Origin: Tubiluchus corallicola
Lineage: Eukaryota > Animalia > Priapulida
DNA length: 64,000 nt
Reading direction: 5' to 3'
Assembly (NCBI GenBank): GCA_030141605.1
Contig: JAQGDQ010000693.1
Location: 47,451 to 111,450 of the forward strand
The position numbers and the translations under genes were made by a program. Position 1 is the first letter of the stretch. Each line of letters starts with the position of its first letter. The notes beneath the pieces are model-generated. The model had not been told where the DNA came from. It searched no databases and saw only the letters and a list, made by a program, of their open reading frames with translations. Shown one piece after another: positions 29,001 to 39,412 of this stretch.

Positions 29001-32000
29001 TTTCAAAGTTTTAGCGCTTTAATATTAAATTGGTTAAAATCTGTATCTGCGGCATACTGGATTATACAAACTGTATCCTATTTTTGAAGTATTTGTGTAG
29101 TTATTCAACACTGAATGTCAGTGCATCAGCCTATTAACGAATCAGAGTTTCCTGCTTGTTTTTGCATGCTGCTGTAATCTCTGTCAACTAAAGAAAGTTT
29201 CTAAAGTTTGAATTATCTGAGTTCAAAATGATATAAAAGGTGTCTTTGTGTTTTTAACGTTTTCCGAGAATTTGAAGCGGGTATTTCGACTGTTGAATGA
29301 ACTCATATGTATATGCGGTACGCTTGTTATAGTTGCCGCTGTGTAATGAGAAGACTAAAGCATTCCACTGACGTGAGAGATGAATTTGAGGCTTTGCGGA
29401 GTAAACTTGTTCTTTGGCTGAGCGACATTGACTGCAAGTTAACCAATGTTGAGCATTTCTCAGAAGCCGAGATTGCCTTGAAACGCAAACAGATAAAGGT
29501 ATCTATTGCTTCTTTGTGGTAGCTTAATTCACTTTTGATGCTGTGTCTCTGTCTTACTGGTATAATATCTCTGTAAAAAAACCTTTAATTTTGGTCTTTG
29601 TTTGTATCAAAAATAAGAAATTTCTGTTGATTTTTGTATATCTGTGTTTACAACAAAGTTACAATAAGAATTGTTCAATTTTAAAAATTGTTTAGCACAT
29701 ATTTGGGATATTGTGTGCCAAACTGGCTTGCATAGTTAGCAAAATTAAAGGCATAACTGGGTCTATATTTACACTTTTGTTGTTACCGTTTATAACACTG
29801 AACGGCAAGTTTGTACTGTAGCAAAAAATGGGAGCTTTTTGTAAGAAAAACGCCTCTTAAAAACTAATTAGTAAAAACCAAAATCTGAAATCTCAGTTTT
29901 GTATTTTTCATTTGACATGAGAAGAATAAAGGTAGAATCTGAAAAGGCAGATTCTTATAACAGTATTTTCTAAGAAAGCACTCGCAAACTTTAGAAATGT
30001 CAATCTATAATTGTATGGAATATCCTGTAAAACACTGCAGTCATTACTAGTTTTGATGTTATGCAGGAAATTCAGAAGGAAGTCAATCGTAAAATGAATC
30101 AGGTAGACTACCTGGATGCTGCTGGTGTTTATCTGATGCAGCGTGGTCATGACGATGATTGCTGCTCCGTCGAAGAAGAGTTATCGGAATTTCATCGGTT
30201 TCTCGATGGCGTTTTAGCTCGACTAGCAAATTACCAGCAACAACTTCACCTTCAAACTCTTTCACAGGTATGGACCAATTTTTTATACTTTGTTAGCGAC
30301 GTATATCTGTGTTACAACAAATTTACAGTAAGAATTGTTGGAGTAAAAATGTGACTGCAGTAAGTAATGCATTTCAGTTGAATTGCGAGATGTATTATGG
30401 GGTAATATCAGAATTATAGTTTTTGTAAACTGTGATTTACGTTATTGTATAGGCATTGCTAATGACATCCTATTTGATGCTTATCTGCAATAATTTCAGT
30501 GCACTAATTTTGCCATTAATTTTGTTCTTTTAGTTTACTTTTTTACAATTATTATTATGTTATTTTTTAATACTAACATGTAAAGCAAATTAGCCCTTAG
30601 GGACAAAAAACACCTGTACAGAATATACATAATTTCTTAAAACAGTAATTTGTTATTTCTTTATAACATCATACATAATTTTATTTATTGTTATATGTAA
30701 TAGTTTTCCCAGCTCAAAATTAATTTTTTTACTTTTTTGCTCTGTCTATTTTTGCTTATAGCTGCTGCTTTTCTGTTTGCTAATGTGCAAACTATGCTTC
30801 TGTTTGCATGCATTCCTAGTTGCTTGCATGTGAATTTTATGGTTATACTGAGTTTTTTGTCAGATTTCTGAATGTGAGAGGAAGTTACGAGACAGTTCAG
30901 TGCCAACAAAATTGCTCGTAAGTTCTGTTTGCTGTTCAGCATGTTCTTTCTGGCTTTGCATGTCCTCTTTCATACTTAAAAAAATTTTACCTAAGTTTAC
31001 AAATACTTACTAAATTTATTGTGTTGTTAAGTTCCATTTGAACTTACCAGAGCTTGGTGCTTTTAATAAAAAATGTTTACAAGAACATAAACATGTTCTA
31101 CAAGATGTAAACAAAATGTTCCAGGTGATGTAAACGCAATAAACAATATTCTTGCTCAGTAATACAAGCTTATATCATTTTGCAGCTGCGTGATGGTGTG
31201 ACTGCATTTTTCTTGGTCTTTGGTATACTATTGTCTGTGAGGCTTCTTTAATTTGCTTTCCATTTATTCTATTCTCATGCACCCAGAATCTTTGCAAATC
31301 ATTTGTTGGGTTTATGCAAGCAGCTTTTTTCCTTCCATTTTTGAATTACTACGATGAATATAAAATTGCATCTTCCAGAGACTATAGTGAACAAGCAGTT
31401 TTTCTTCCTTCATAAATGTTAAAAAAATATGAATTGTGAAAATTATTAAAGAATATGAAGATATTGTTTGATATTCAATAAAAAATGTACTTTTTTATTT
31501 TGATGATTAAATTTGATCTTACTTCTGATATTAATTAATAGGCCAATAGTTGTTTCATTTCATTAAAACAAATTGTATCTGTATGATCACTGGAAAATGT
31601 CTCAAAGTGCAATAATTTTCAAGTTCTCACGAAACTCATATGATGCCATTGTTTTCATTAAAGATAGGAACCTTATTTTACCCTGAAATACTTGACTGAA
31701 GTAAGTAAAAATATATTTAAGAAATGATTTTGCACATGGAGAAAATCAAAGGCAGCTGCTTTAGGCTATACAGGTTGCATGCTTACACATAGAAAAAAAT
31801 GAAGATTTTAATAACTTTTGCCTTTTTAGGAAAGGCAAGGTGAACAAGCTGCTTTTGTGAAAGATCAAGACCCAGAGCTGCAAGCACAACCTGAAAAAGA
31901 CAAAGAACCTACCCATGATGCCAAACATGGTAAATATTTTTATACCGTGTGAAGAGTGGTGCAAAACTGACTTTGTTCACAAGCACAAATGTTTCTGTGG

Positions 32001-35000
32001 AATTTTTGATGATGTAAATTGACTAACCTAATGTAAATTTTTCTGATGTTGTGTGTTTTTGCCGTTGCAGATCTTCGAACAAGGGTGGCTGAACAGCAGG
32101 AAGAACTAGATGAGTCTGAACTTTACTTGAAGGAGTTGCAGCTTGCACTAGCACAGACAGAGGAGGGAATAGGAATAACCGAGGAAGCGACTCGTTCGAA
32201 AACTCCTGTGGGCCATGAAGCACAAACTGCACATGCTGGATATGTACGTTTTCTATGTTGCTGAAGTATATGTATTTTTATTCAAGATTTTAAATAATTA
32301 CATTTAAGATTTTCTCCAAGCTGTACTGCTTCACAGTTCTCCGAACGTCTTTTTTGTGCTTAATGACTATTATTATTAACCAAACATTTTTCGTGGCACA
32401 ATGGTAATTATGAAGTGACAAGTTTTGGCAGATTTTAATGGCAGATAGCACTTACAACGAGGCTATTATAATGAGTCTCTGGTTATACTAATAAATTTCA
32501 AAGGGGCCCACCGAATCTCAGACTTAAACAATGCATTTAAACCTTGCTTGCAGTGAGCTCCCGTATTTCGAGTTTTTGCTTATTATGAGGAAAAATTTAG
32601 GCACCCTGAAACTACATTTCACCTGTATATAACCAGCGTGAGTTCTACAGTTTGCTTACAGCATGCATCGTATCACCAAAAAGGCAAAAAAGTCATGAAC
32701 AACTAGGTCTGAGGATTAATTTATTGATGGTGCGTAATGCCTATGCAAAACACACACTGCTGTCAGGGGGTGGGTGTATCTATATCTGTGACTGTCAGCA
32801 GATGTCACAAATAATAGAATAAATTCACAGCAGGCATTTAGAAAAAGCTTAGAAATTTTGCGCACAGTGGAAAACTTGAAATTTTGACAAGTTCATATAA
32901 TAAATCCACTAAATTATCATGAAAAAGCCCTCTTATTCAAATTCCTTTTGTTACTTTTTAAGAAACAAGTTAAACCAGAATCCAGTTAAACATTATGGTT
33001 TAAACTGATATTGTGTATTTATATTGCAGACAAAATTGATGGCTTCTTGCAAGGCTAACATAGATTTAGTCAACCACATAAAGAGCAAATTAGAGCAAGA
33101 GATTGGGCTCTCAGCACTTGATGATGCATGTAGCAGTGTCTCGGGTAAAAATCTCAAATAATTTTAAGCTTACAAATCCAACACAAGCCAGATATGTATA
33201 TCATTTGATTTTGAACCTGTTATATTAGGAATAAATCTGGCTGGGACAACAAAATTCGAGTGCCTAGTGTAAACAGCCCAACTTTATTGAAAGCCTTTCA
33301 AATGCCTATTTCAGTTTTGCCATAGAGCGTTAGCAATATTAATTGTGTCTAATTTTCGAATTATTGGTTACTTACTGTTTTTTTTTAAGGTAAGATAACT
33401 TCTGTGATTTTGTTCAACAGTCTCGTAATACCACAAACTTTTAAACTGCATGCCAGAAATGTCTAAGTGACTGCATTGTGAGATAGCTCATTGTTGGTCA
33501 GTTTTCTGTATTCAGTAATTTTGATGTAAGGAGAGCGTGGCTAAACACTCATATAAATGTGTTAATTGTGTTTGCACTAGGAGTCATAGAACGATGGGAG
33601 CTCCTTCAAGCGCAAGCCAATGAAAAAGAAAGACGACTAAAAGAGAATCACCAACAATATTCCCTATTTCTCTCTGATCTCACTGCCATGGAGGCTTGGC
33701 TAAACTCAGCTGAGGTGTACTTGAATGAAAAACCTGAAGCTGCTCACAACGTTGAACAGCTACAAACTATCATTTCTAAACACCGGGTATGCACAGTGGC
33801 TCATTCTATAAACAGAAATATAGAAACGTTTGAAACGTACAAACACAAGTTAATGCTATACATATTTATTAGCACTTATTGTTTCTGTGATTTTCGTTTT
33901 AATAGGAGTTTTAAAAGGATTTAGTTTGTTGCCTTGTGCTGTTGTGGTAGTAGTTGTTTGAAATTAAACAATCCATTTGTCAGATAACAAGAATGCTTTC
34001 AAAATTCAAAAATACTTAATCATAAGTTGCTTTCTTGTTGAGTAACGTGAGTGGGAAACGTGGTTTAACTCATAGGTTTTTGGAGTTTCAAAATTGAGAC
34101 ATTTCACAAAAATAATGTCATGTTAACTGTAACTACTGCTTCAACATTTAACGTCACTTACCCTTCAGTTTCTAGAGTTCGTGAACTCCTTCAGGACCAC
34201 ACCATTCAAAATAGGTCTTAATAAGACCTATGACTTTCTGCTACTGTATTAGCACAGACATAACTAAATGATTACAAATTTTATTTCAGGAGAATCTTGG
34301 CTATCCAATCATTTATAAGTGATTTAATTGGATAAAATTAAGAAAAACACGCCCTCTTCAGACACTCCAACTTAGCCTTTTGAGTAGCTTAGTATGGTGT
34401 ACACTTGTGTGATCATATACACTATTTTATTGATTGCCTGCTTGCTACAGCCCAAGCTGTGCATGTTCTGCTGCTATCCCAGGAATTTCTCCTCAAAAAT
34501 AGAGCAGACTTGAAGCCAAAGTATATCAGAGTATAGTGTCTGGATAGTTGAAATTTTTCTTCATTAGCCGATTTCGCACATATGATACTATACTTTGTTA
34601 AAGTGCAAATACTGCAGTTACTAAAAGCTTCTTTCAATTTTTTCATCGTAAATCGATTTCTAATTTGTCTAATGTAAACAAATGCATTTCATATATAATT
34701 TTGCATGAAAATCCATAGAAACCGACAAAAACTATCAAGTATAACGTAATCACTGCTTGGTGAGAGCAGTTTTTCATGAATCAGTGCAAAATGCAATAAA
34801 CGCTTATGATCCTGAAGGAATTTAGAGTCAGAATTAACTATTGGACTGCAACATGTTTCGTAGAATTCCATTCTGTCTGGAAAGTAAAACTCGTTTTTGA
34901 GGAGCATTTTTCGTTATTTTTAATTACGTTATTTTTATTTTTACGTTATGTAGCATGTCTTTGATTCTTCAGATAGATGCATAGTTTAATTACTAGATCA

Positions 35001-37839
35001 TCTGTACCAGCACTACAATTATGTTACATAAAACTTGTTTAATTTGTTAGGAGTTTCTGTTGGAAATGGAAAAATACAAGCAAGTGTTATTTTCTATAAA
35101 TACATCTGCCAAGAATTTCACCAATGCTGATACGGAAGAGGCTGCAGCTTTGTCGTCACGATTACGGACTACTAACCAACAGTGGGACACTGTATGCAAT
35201 CTGGCTCATTCCCGTCATTTCACCCTACAAACATTATTGATGAAATGCTCAGAATTCCACACAGTCACCAGTGATTTGATGGTTTGGTTGCAAAGTATGG
35301 AAGAGCAGTTGCGCCAATGCGAACCAGTTAATCTTTCAGATGACAGCGCCGTACTACGTCAGACTTTCTTGCAAATAAGGGTAAGCAGCTAATTATTTGC
35401 AGGTGAATTTAGCAACTAGTGATAAAAAAGAGGCTGAAGTAATTTGGTGAGTAGATGTAGAAATCCTTACCAAAGTTAAACAAAAGCTTTTATGAGGTGA
35501 ATCTTAGCCCCAAGGGATTCTTGTTGCATGTGAAATTCCTCTAAGCAAAGTATTAGGCAATACAAAGAAAAAAAGAGCTAACTAAAATGGCTCTTATACT
35601 AGAACCAGTGAGAATGTGGACTCTTTAGAGCGACTGAGGTGAAGAGGCTGAGGAAAGATAGTTATATTTCTTGATCTTTGCACTACTCGGTATTTCCGTT
35701 TAACTTTTTTCTGCTCAGTTTGAAGATTACAGATAGTCTGAATTATCCATCTACAATAATTACTTATGTACATCTCATTAGCATATGTTATTTTATTTGT
35801 AGTCAGTTAAAAGAGAGCTGGAGGCATCTAAGCCACGCATTCTGTCCCTCTATGAAACGGCTCAGCAACTACTTGCCGACTGCGACACTGCAGAGTCGCA
35901 CGAGGCCGTGAATAAACTCAGCGTGGTCGCAAACCGGTTGCGATTCTTACTTCTAGTCTGCTCTCAGTATCTACGCATACTACGTGCTGTAGAGGAGGGA
36001 AGAGAGGTATATAATTTGTCCTAATTAGTTTTTAATTCATTAATTTTTTTACACTTCCTAGCAATGCCAATGTGATATTGTAATTCAAACAGGTGCTTAA
36101 ATCAGATCACATAATTGATGATTGATATACTTTTTTGTCTTTGAGTTCCTATATTTTTTTTGCTTAGCCATCTTCTGTATCTGATGATGACAGATTAACA
36201 AAGTTATTAGAAGCTGATGTGCCTCTCGAGCTGACAAAACAGGTGGGTATTGCATGAGTTTTAATGCTTTAGTATGTACTCTTGAATTGCTTTTTAATTT
36301 CTAAGTCTAGATTATCCGGTAAAGTTAAACTAACAAGAGTTTCAACCATGTGGATTTACTTGTCTGTAGCACTGTCCACAGATTTTATCATTTGCTTGTT
36401 CCTGGATAATCTGATCTTTGAAAATGGGACTGGTGACAAGGATGTGCAATTAGTGTGATGTTATGGATGTGTAATTTTGTATTGGTAGCTTATAGAATTA
36501 TTTTATATGATAGATGTGTAAATATGCATCACAAGCTTTATAAAGATATGTATCCATATAGACGTGTAACCATATTTAGACGTGCCTTAAATTATTGCAC
36601 TGGTTATCATTGTTCATACATGCGAACTCAACTTCACAGTTATGATAAACATTGCAGATAAACATTTACAACATTTAAATAATGCTACAGTAAATCTGTA
36701 GTAAAGGCTTCTATAACTGTTATCTTAATTAGTTATTTTTATATCCATAAATATTACTCGTATTTTTGATTATGGTATAAATGAGCTTTGATTATTAAGC
36801 ACTAGAGCACCGTTCTTTCACAGTACATCGTGTATATGACCCTCACATGGCATGAACAATGTAAACCTTTTGCACTGTTTTCTTCACAATGTAGAACACG
36901 TTTTTGGTTGTAACATTCATTTCTTTTTTCTTCTCAGTTATCAGAGGCGATGACGCCTTCAGACTTGGATGCTATACTGGAAGCTGAAAAGTAAATATCT
37001 TCTAATTTCCTATTAAGTTTGCATATAAGATACCTTACTTTCTCTATCTCTTGCCTTTTTGCTTGTTGTGCAATGCATGGTGTGTATTGTTCTGTGTGCA
37101 TTTGTTATAACAGTGGACAAAGTTTTTAAGACGATCTCTAGTAAATAATTGACAGTCCTTTGTGCTAGGCCATATTATACTGTTTGCTACAAACTCAGAA
37201 GATTCATGTCTATGGAAGCTAATCAAATTTCTGTGACAATAGTAAAGTATAGTCCTGTACATAGACTAGCGATAAAACTGCATGTTGGAATTCCTTGCAT
37301 TGACAATTTGCAGTGTACGACAATGTTCCACACTTACTTGTTAAAAAATGCAGCACCTTTGAAGAAGAATAAACTCTAGTTAGACTTAAACCATAGTATT
37401 GGTGGCCATTTAATATTTTGTCCTTGCTTTTTTTCCAGACGACAACAAATTAAACAGTCTAATTGGTTATTGTTTTACTGTGCCGTTTACAAATACTAAG
37501 GCTAAGGTATGAAAAAACTTAATGGTAAGAAATGAAGTGTAAAAATTGTGAGGAAAATGTAAGTGCACATTTTCAAAAGTAATAACAGTCTAAAAAGTTA
37601 AAAAATATGTTTGTCATTACAGAAAGAGACTTGAAAGCATAAATCCTGACGAGAGGCGATCGTTCTTGGGTCGAGTTGTGAAAGCTGCACTACCTCTACA
37701 AGCACTGATGCTGGCCCTTGTTGGGCTCGCCTGCCTTGTGCCAATGTGCAACGAAGACTATGCCTGTGTCGTACAGAACACGTTTGCGCAGTCGCTAGAC
37801 CCAATGTTACGATATACAAATGGGCCCCCTCCATTTTAA
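1..37839 (+). CDS. SYNE1: Nesprin-1/Msp300/ANC-1-family giant spectrin-repeat KASH protein, 3' portion (5' end outside window), 48 traced exons
   Basis: GT-AG exons with consistent phases: <1-2089, 2392-3141, 3414-3569, 4002-4433, 4634-4789, 5790-5984, 6528-7472, 7616-7804, 8710-8991, 9487-9699, 10077-10184, 11726-12025, 13034-13327, 14648-14803, 14898-15068, 15479-15629, 15794-15969, 17129-17263, 17762-17944, 18507-18719, 18977-19227, 19709-19904, 20251-20583, 20725-21027, 21260-21486, 22833-22932, 23178-23360, 23887-24024, 24325-24483, 24620-24778, 25125-25291, 26588-26750, 27163-27350, 28471-28621, 28764-28918, 29333-29498, 30067-30267, 30864-30917, 31668-31700, 31830-31929, 32071-32243, 33030-33144, 33581-33786, 35051-35380, 35803-36006, 36168-36242, 36938-36990, 37623-37839. 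Nesprin-like peptides ([46 protein letters not shown]) and a terminal TM + KASH. Confidence 0.93.
2392..3141 (+). CDS. SYNE1: Nesprin acidic exon with ~31-35-aa repeats
   Basis: TAG|GTT acceptor, GAG|GTATAT donor, 750 nt, phase 0-0; repeats [17 protein letters not shown]. Confidence 0.85.
3414..3569 (+). CDS. SYNE1: Nesprin exon
   Basis: 156 nt, phase 0-0, paralogous to 4634-4789. Confidence 0.85.
4002..4433 (+). CDS. SYNE1: Nesprin exon
   Basis: CAG acceptor, GTAAGG donor, 432 nt open. Confidence 0.85.
4634..4789 (+). CDS. SYNE1: Nesprin exon
   Basis: 156 nt, phase 0-0, CAG|GTGAGA donor. Confidence 0.85.
5790..5984 (+). CDS. SYNE1: Nesprin exon
   Basis: 195 nt, helical peptide, GTAAGT donor. 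Confidence 0.85.
6528..7472 (+). CDS. SYNE1: Nesprin large acidic exon
   Basis: 945 nt open, TAG acceptor, GTATGT donor. Confidence 0.85.
7616..7804 (+). CDS. SYNE1: Nesprin exon
   Basis: 189 nt, phase 0-0. Confidence 0.8.
8710..8991 (+). CDS. SYNE1: Nesprin exon (CAGCAG tandem acceptor, start 8710 or 8713)
   Basis: Open frame, GAG|GTAAGA donor. Confidence 0.82.
9487..9699 (+). CDS. SYNE1: Nesprin exon
   Basis: 213 nt, phase 0-0. Confidence 0.85.
10077..10184 (+). CDS. SYNE1: Nesprin exon
   Basis: 108 nt, CAG|GTAAGT donor. Confidence 0.8.
11726..12025 (+). CDS. SYNE1: Nesprin spectrin-repeat exon
   Basis: 300 nt, phase 0-0. Confidence 0.87.
12129..12739. mobile_element. Decayed intronic MITE (PIF/Harbinger-like termini)
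   Basis: Imperfect inverted ends AAGCCAGTGTTTCA ... TGAAACACCGCTT; no coding capacity. Confidence 0.45.
13034..13327 (+). CDS. SYNE1: Nesprin spectrin-repeat exon
   Basis: 294 nt, phase 0-0, QWSEFE spectrin motif. Confidence 0.87.
13615..14171. mobile_element. Decayed hAT-like MITE
   Basis: CAGTGGCATTGCTAG ... CTAGCTATGCTGCTG imperfect TIRs with GC-rich subterminal sequence; TSD not clear. Confidence 0.5.
14648..14803 (+). CDS. SYNE1: Nesprin exon
   Basis: 156 nt, LSNRWNQI spectrin helix C. Confidence 0.87.
14898..15068 (+). CDS. SYNE1: Nesprin exon
   Basis: 171 nt, FSWWL helix A, GTAAGT donor. Confidence 0.87.
15479..15629 (+). CDS. SYNE1: Nesprin exon
   Basis: Phase 0-1, VNRQWDDL. Confidence 0.87.
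15794..15969 (+). CDS. SYNE1: Nesprin exon
   Basis: Phase 1-0, LADWL. Confidence 0.85.
17129..17263 (+). CDS. SYNE1: Nesprin exon
   Basis: 135 nt, phase 0-0. Confidence 0.85.
17762..17944 (+). CDS. SYNE1: Nesprin exon
   Basis: 183 nt, phase 0-0. Confidence 0.85.
18507..18719 (+). CDS. SYNE1: Nesprin exon
   Basis: 213 nt, phase 0-0. Confidence 0.85.
18977..19227 (+). CDS. SYNE1: Nesprin exon
   Basis: Phase 0-2. Confidence 0.85.
19709..19904 (+). CDS. SYNE1: Nesprin exon
   Basis: Phase 2-0, ARWQQLD. Confidence 0.87.
20251..20583 (+). CDS. SYNE1: Nesprin exon
   Basis: 333 nt open, phase 0-0. Confidence 0.85.
20725..21027 (+). CDS. SYNE1: Nesprin exon
   Basis: 303 nt, phase 0-0. Confidence 0.87.
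21260..21486 (+). CDS. SYNE1: Nesprin exon
   Basis: Phase 0-2. Confidence 0.83.
22833..22932 (+). CDS. SYNE1: Nesprin exon
   Basis: Phase 2-0, FTRWL. Confidence 0.85.
23178..23360 (+). CDS. SYNE1: Nesprin exon
   Basis: 183 nt, LDCRWNNL. Confidence 0.87.
23887..24024 (+). CDS. SYNE1: Nesprin exon
   Basis: 138 nt, phase 0-0. Confidence 0.85.
24325..24483 (+). CDS. SYNE1: Nesprin exon (CAGCAG acceptor)
   Basis: 159 nt, phase 0-0. Confidence 0.83.
24620..24778 (+). CDS. SYNE1: Nesprin exon
   Basis: 159 nt, QWSVF...LLSWL. Confidence 0.88.
25125..25291 (+). CDS. SYNE1: Nesprin exon
   Basis: Phase 0-2, GTAAGA donor. Confidence 0.87.
25386..25937. mobile_element. Tc1/mariner-pogo-type MITE
   Basis: TA TSD; near-perfect TIRs CCGTATTTTCCCGTGTATAAGAGACCC / GGGTCTCTTATACATGGGAAAATACGG; internal repeats of GGGTCTCTTATACA. 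Confidence 0.9.
26113..26398. mobile_element. piggyBac-like MITE
   Basis: TTAA on both sides; TIRs CGCATTGACTGCCA / TGGCAAGCAATGTG. Confidence 0.7.
26588..26750 (+). CDS. SYNE1: Nesprin exon
   Basis: Phase 2-0, [22 protein letters not shown] (nesprin-1-like). Confidence 0.9.
27163..27350 (+). CDS. SYNE1: Nesprin exon
   Basis: Phase 0-2, [16 protein letters not shown]...LERRW. Confidence 0.92.
28471..28621 (+). CDS. SYNE1: Nesprin exon
   Basis: Phase 2-0, [10 protein letters not shown]. Confidence 0.92.
28764..28918 (+). CDS. SYNE1: Nesprin exon
   Basis: Phase 0-2, [11 protein letters not shown]. Confidence 0.92.
29333..29498 (+). CDS. SYNE1: Nesprin exon
   Basis: Phase 2-0, [18 protein letters not shown]. 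Confidence 0.92.
30067..30267 (+). CDS. SYNE1: Nesprin exon
   Basis: 201 nt, CAG|GTATGG donor. Confidence 0.9.
30864..30917 (+). CDS. SYNE1: Candidate 54-nt cassette exon ([18 protein letters not shown])
   Basis: TTTTTTGTCAG acceptor, GTAAGT donor, phase 0-0, open. Confidence 0.65.
31668..31700 (+). CDS. SYNE1: Candidate 33-nt cassette microexon ([11 protein letters not shown])
   Basis: TAG acceptor (weak), GAA|GTAAGT donor, phase 0-0, open. Confidence 0.45.
31830..31929 (+). CDS. SYNE1: Nesprin linker exon
   Basis: Phase 0-1; needed to restore phase into 32071. Confidence 0.8.
32071..32243 (+). CDS. SYNE1: Nesprin exon
   Basis: Phase 1-0. Confidence 0.85.
33030..33144 (+). CDS. SYNE1: Nesprin exon
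   Basis: Phase 0-1, [12 protein letters not shown]. Confidence 0.87.
33581..33786 (+). CDS. SYNE1: Nesprin exon
   Basis: Phase 1-0, [12 protein letters not shown]. Confidence 0.92.
35051..35380 (+). CDS. SYNE1: Nesprin exon
   Basis: 330 nt, phase 0-0. Confidence 0.92.
35803..36006 (+). CDS. SYNE1: Nesprin exon (last spectrin repeat)
   Basis: 204 nt, phase 0-0. Confidence 0.88.
36168..36242 (+). CDS. SYNE1: Nesprin linker exon
   Basis: 75 nt, phase 0-0. Confidence 0.78.
36938..36990 (+). CDS. SYNE1: Nesprin linker exon
   Basis: 53 nt, phase 0-2, matching the KASH exon phase. Confidence 0.8.
37623..37839 (+). CDS. SYNE1: KASH-domain terminal exon
   Basis: [60 protein letters not shown]; TM helix, Cys-23, Pro-11, Tyr-7, PPPx end. 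Confidence 0.97.
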
Positions 37840-39412
37840 TTGAACATTACATCAAACAACTGAGAATCTGTGAGAAAAGACTAACTTTTATGATTCAAGA
37901 TTTAGGGTATTACTATAATATAGGTGAAGTTTGAAAAACTGAACAGAAGAATTTTAAACTGGGTGTCAAATAGCAATGTTTTTTTAAATGCACAACAACG
38001 TATAAATTAGCTGTGCTGCAAAAATGATTTTGCTACTGTTGACTCTTTCAAAGTTGCTGTAGATGGCTTTAAATGTAAAAAATTCTGTTGGCAGAGTTTG
38101 TGCTGGCCACATACTTTCTTTAGGTACTTTGCATATTGGTATGTAGTTTTAACTTTTTTGTTTATATAACATGCTGTATCTAGTCAGTTTCTTTTAGAGC
38201 TATACTTTTATGTTCTAAGCTAGATTTTCGATAATAATTACTGTAAGACACTTCAGGGAATCGAAGTTGTTGTGAAGTTTTTAAAGAGAGCTTATTTTAG
38301 TTATAACTGATATTTTAGCAAAAAAAGGAGTAATTGTAACGATGCCATTCCATGCAACATTTTGTGGTCCATGCTGCATGAAAGTTTGTGATTACAATTA
38401 TCTCCTCAAATTAACCTAGTGTGACAATATGCAAGCTATTACTGCAAATGTAACGATTATTAGTTGTTTTGGCTTCATAATTACACAGTGTCATTTAATT
38501 TGTTACAAAAATGATATGCCAATAGAGATTAGAAATGAAATTATCACGAATGAAGATTTTGAGCTTAGTATGGCATAAATAATCACAATTTGTGATCTTT
38601 TTAGAGTAAATCAAAGAATTTTATGCACAGGATTTTAGTCATCAGTGTATGCCTTTTGTTCAGAATGTGCACAATTAATAATTATTGGTGAATTTGGTTC
38701 TGTGATTTTAGTAGTAAAATGCACATTCCTCGTGAGTTAAAAGGTATAAATAAACTCATTTTCCGTAATACGCTGTTAAGAATCTTTGTTTTCATGCAGT
38801 TAATGTTCTATATGAGTGAAGTCCTGAAATTTTTTCCCTACCGGGATTTGCACCCAGGTTTTGTACATCCTAAGCAGGTAAAATACTCTGTCTGGGTAGA
38901 ATGTTCACCTTATTTTTCCATTTGGCAGACCACTAGTAGCCCATGGCACACCCCTAAGCTTAACCCAGAAATAATAGAAACGTGGAATAAATGCATGTAA
39001 TAGACAGTTATTTCTTTCCACTACAAAATACATATATATTTAGCATAGTAGACGTACACTGCAAAGCGTAATGTTAGCAAAGAAAAAAATTTAAACAACG
39101 AGCTGCAAAATATAAAGTGATAACTACAGCAATCTCACCAGTATAATGCAGGTATGCTGTCTTTTGAAAAAAAACAAAAGCAAATGGTCATAGTCTTACA
39201 ATAATAAATGACAACAACAATCCTAATGACATTTCCTTTTTTAAACCCATTAACCATATTTTCATTTTATTGCTGCTACAATGTTATAAAAATAGTTCAA
39301 TTATAACAATCTGTTGGTTCACAGGCGCTTCCTTAAAATTATTAACAGTTTGATTGCTTTCCTATAAATGAGTGTTGAAATTCAAAACAAAAAATCCAAA
39401 TATAATTTTTTT

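Noticed and set aside
29499-29510. GTATCT donor as a U12-type intron
   Set aside because: Does not match GTATCCTT, and no U12 branch site is evident.
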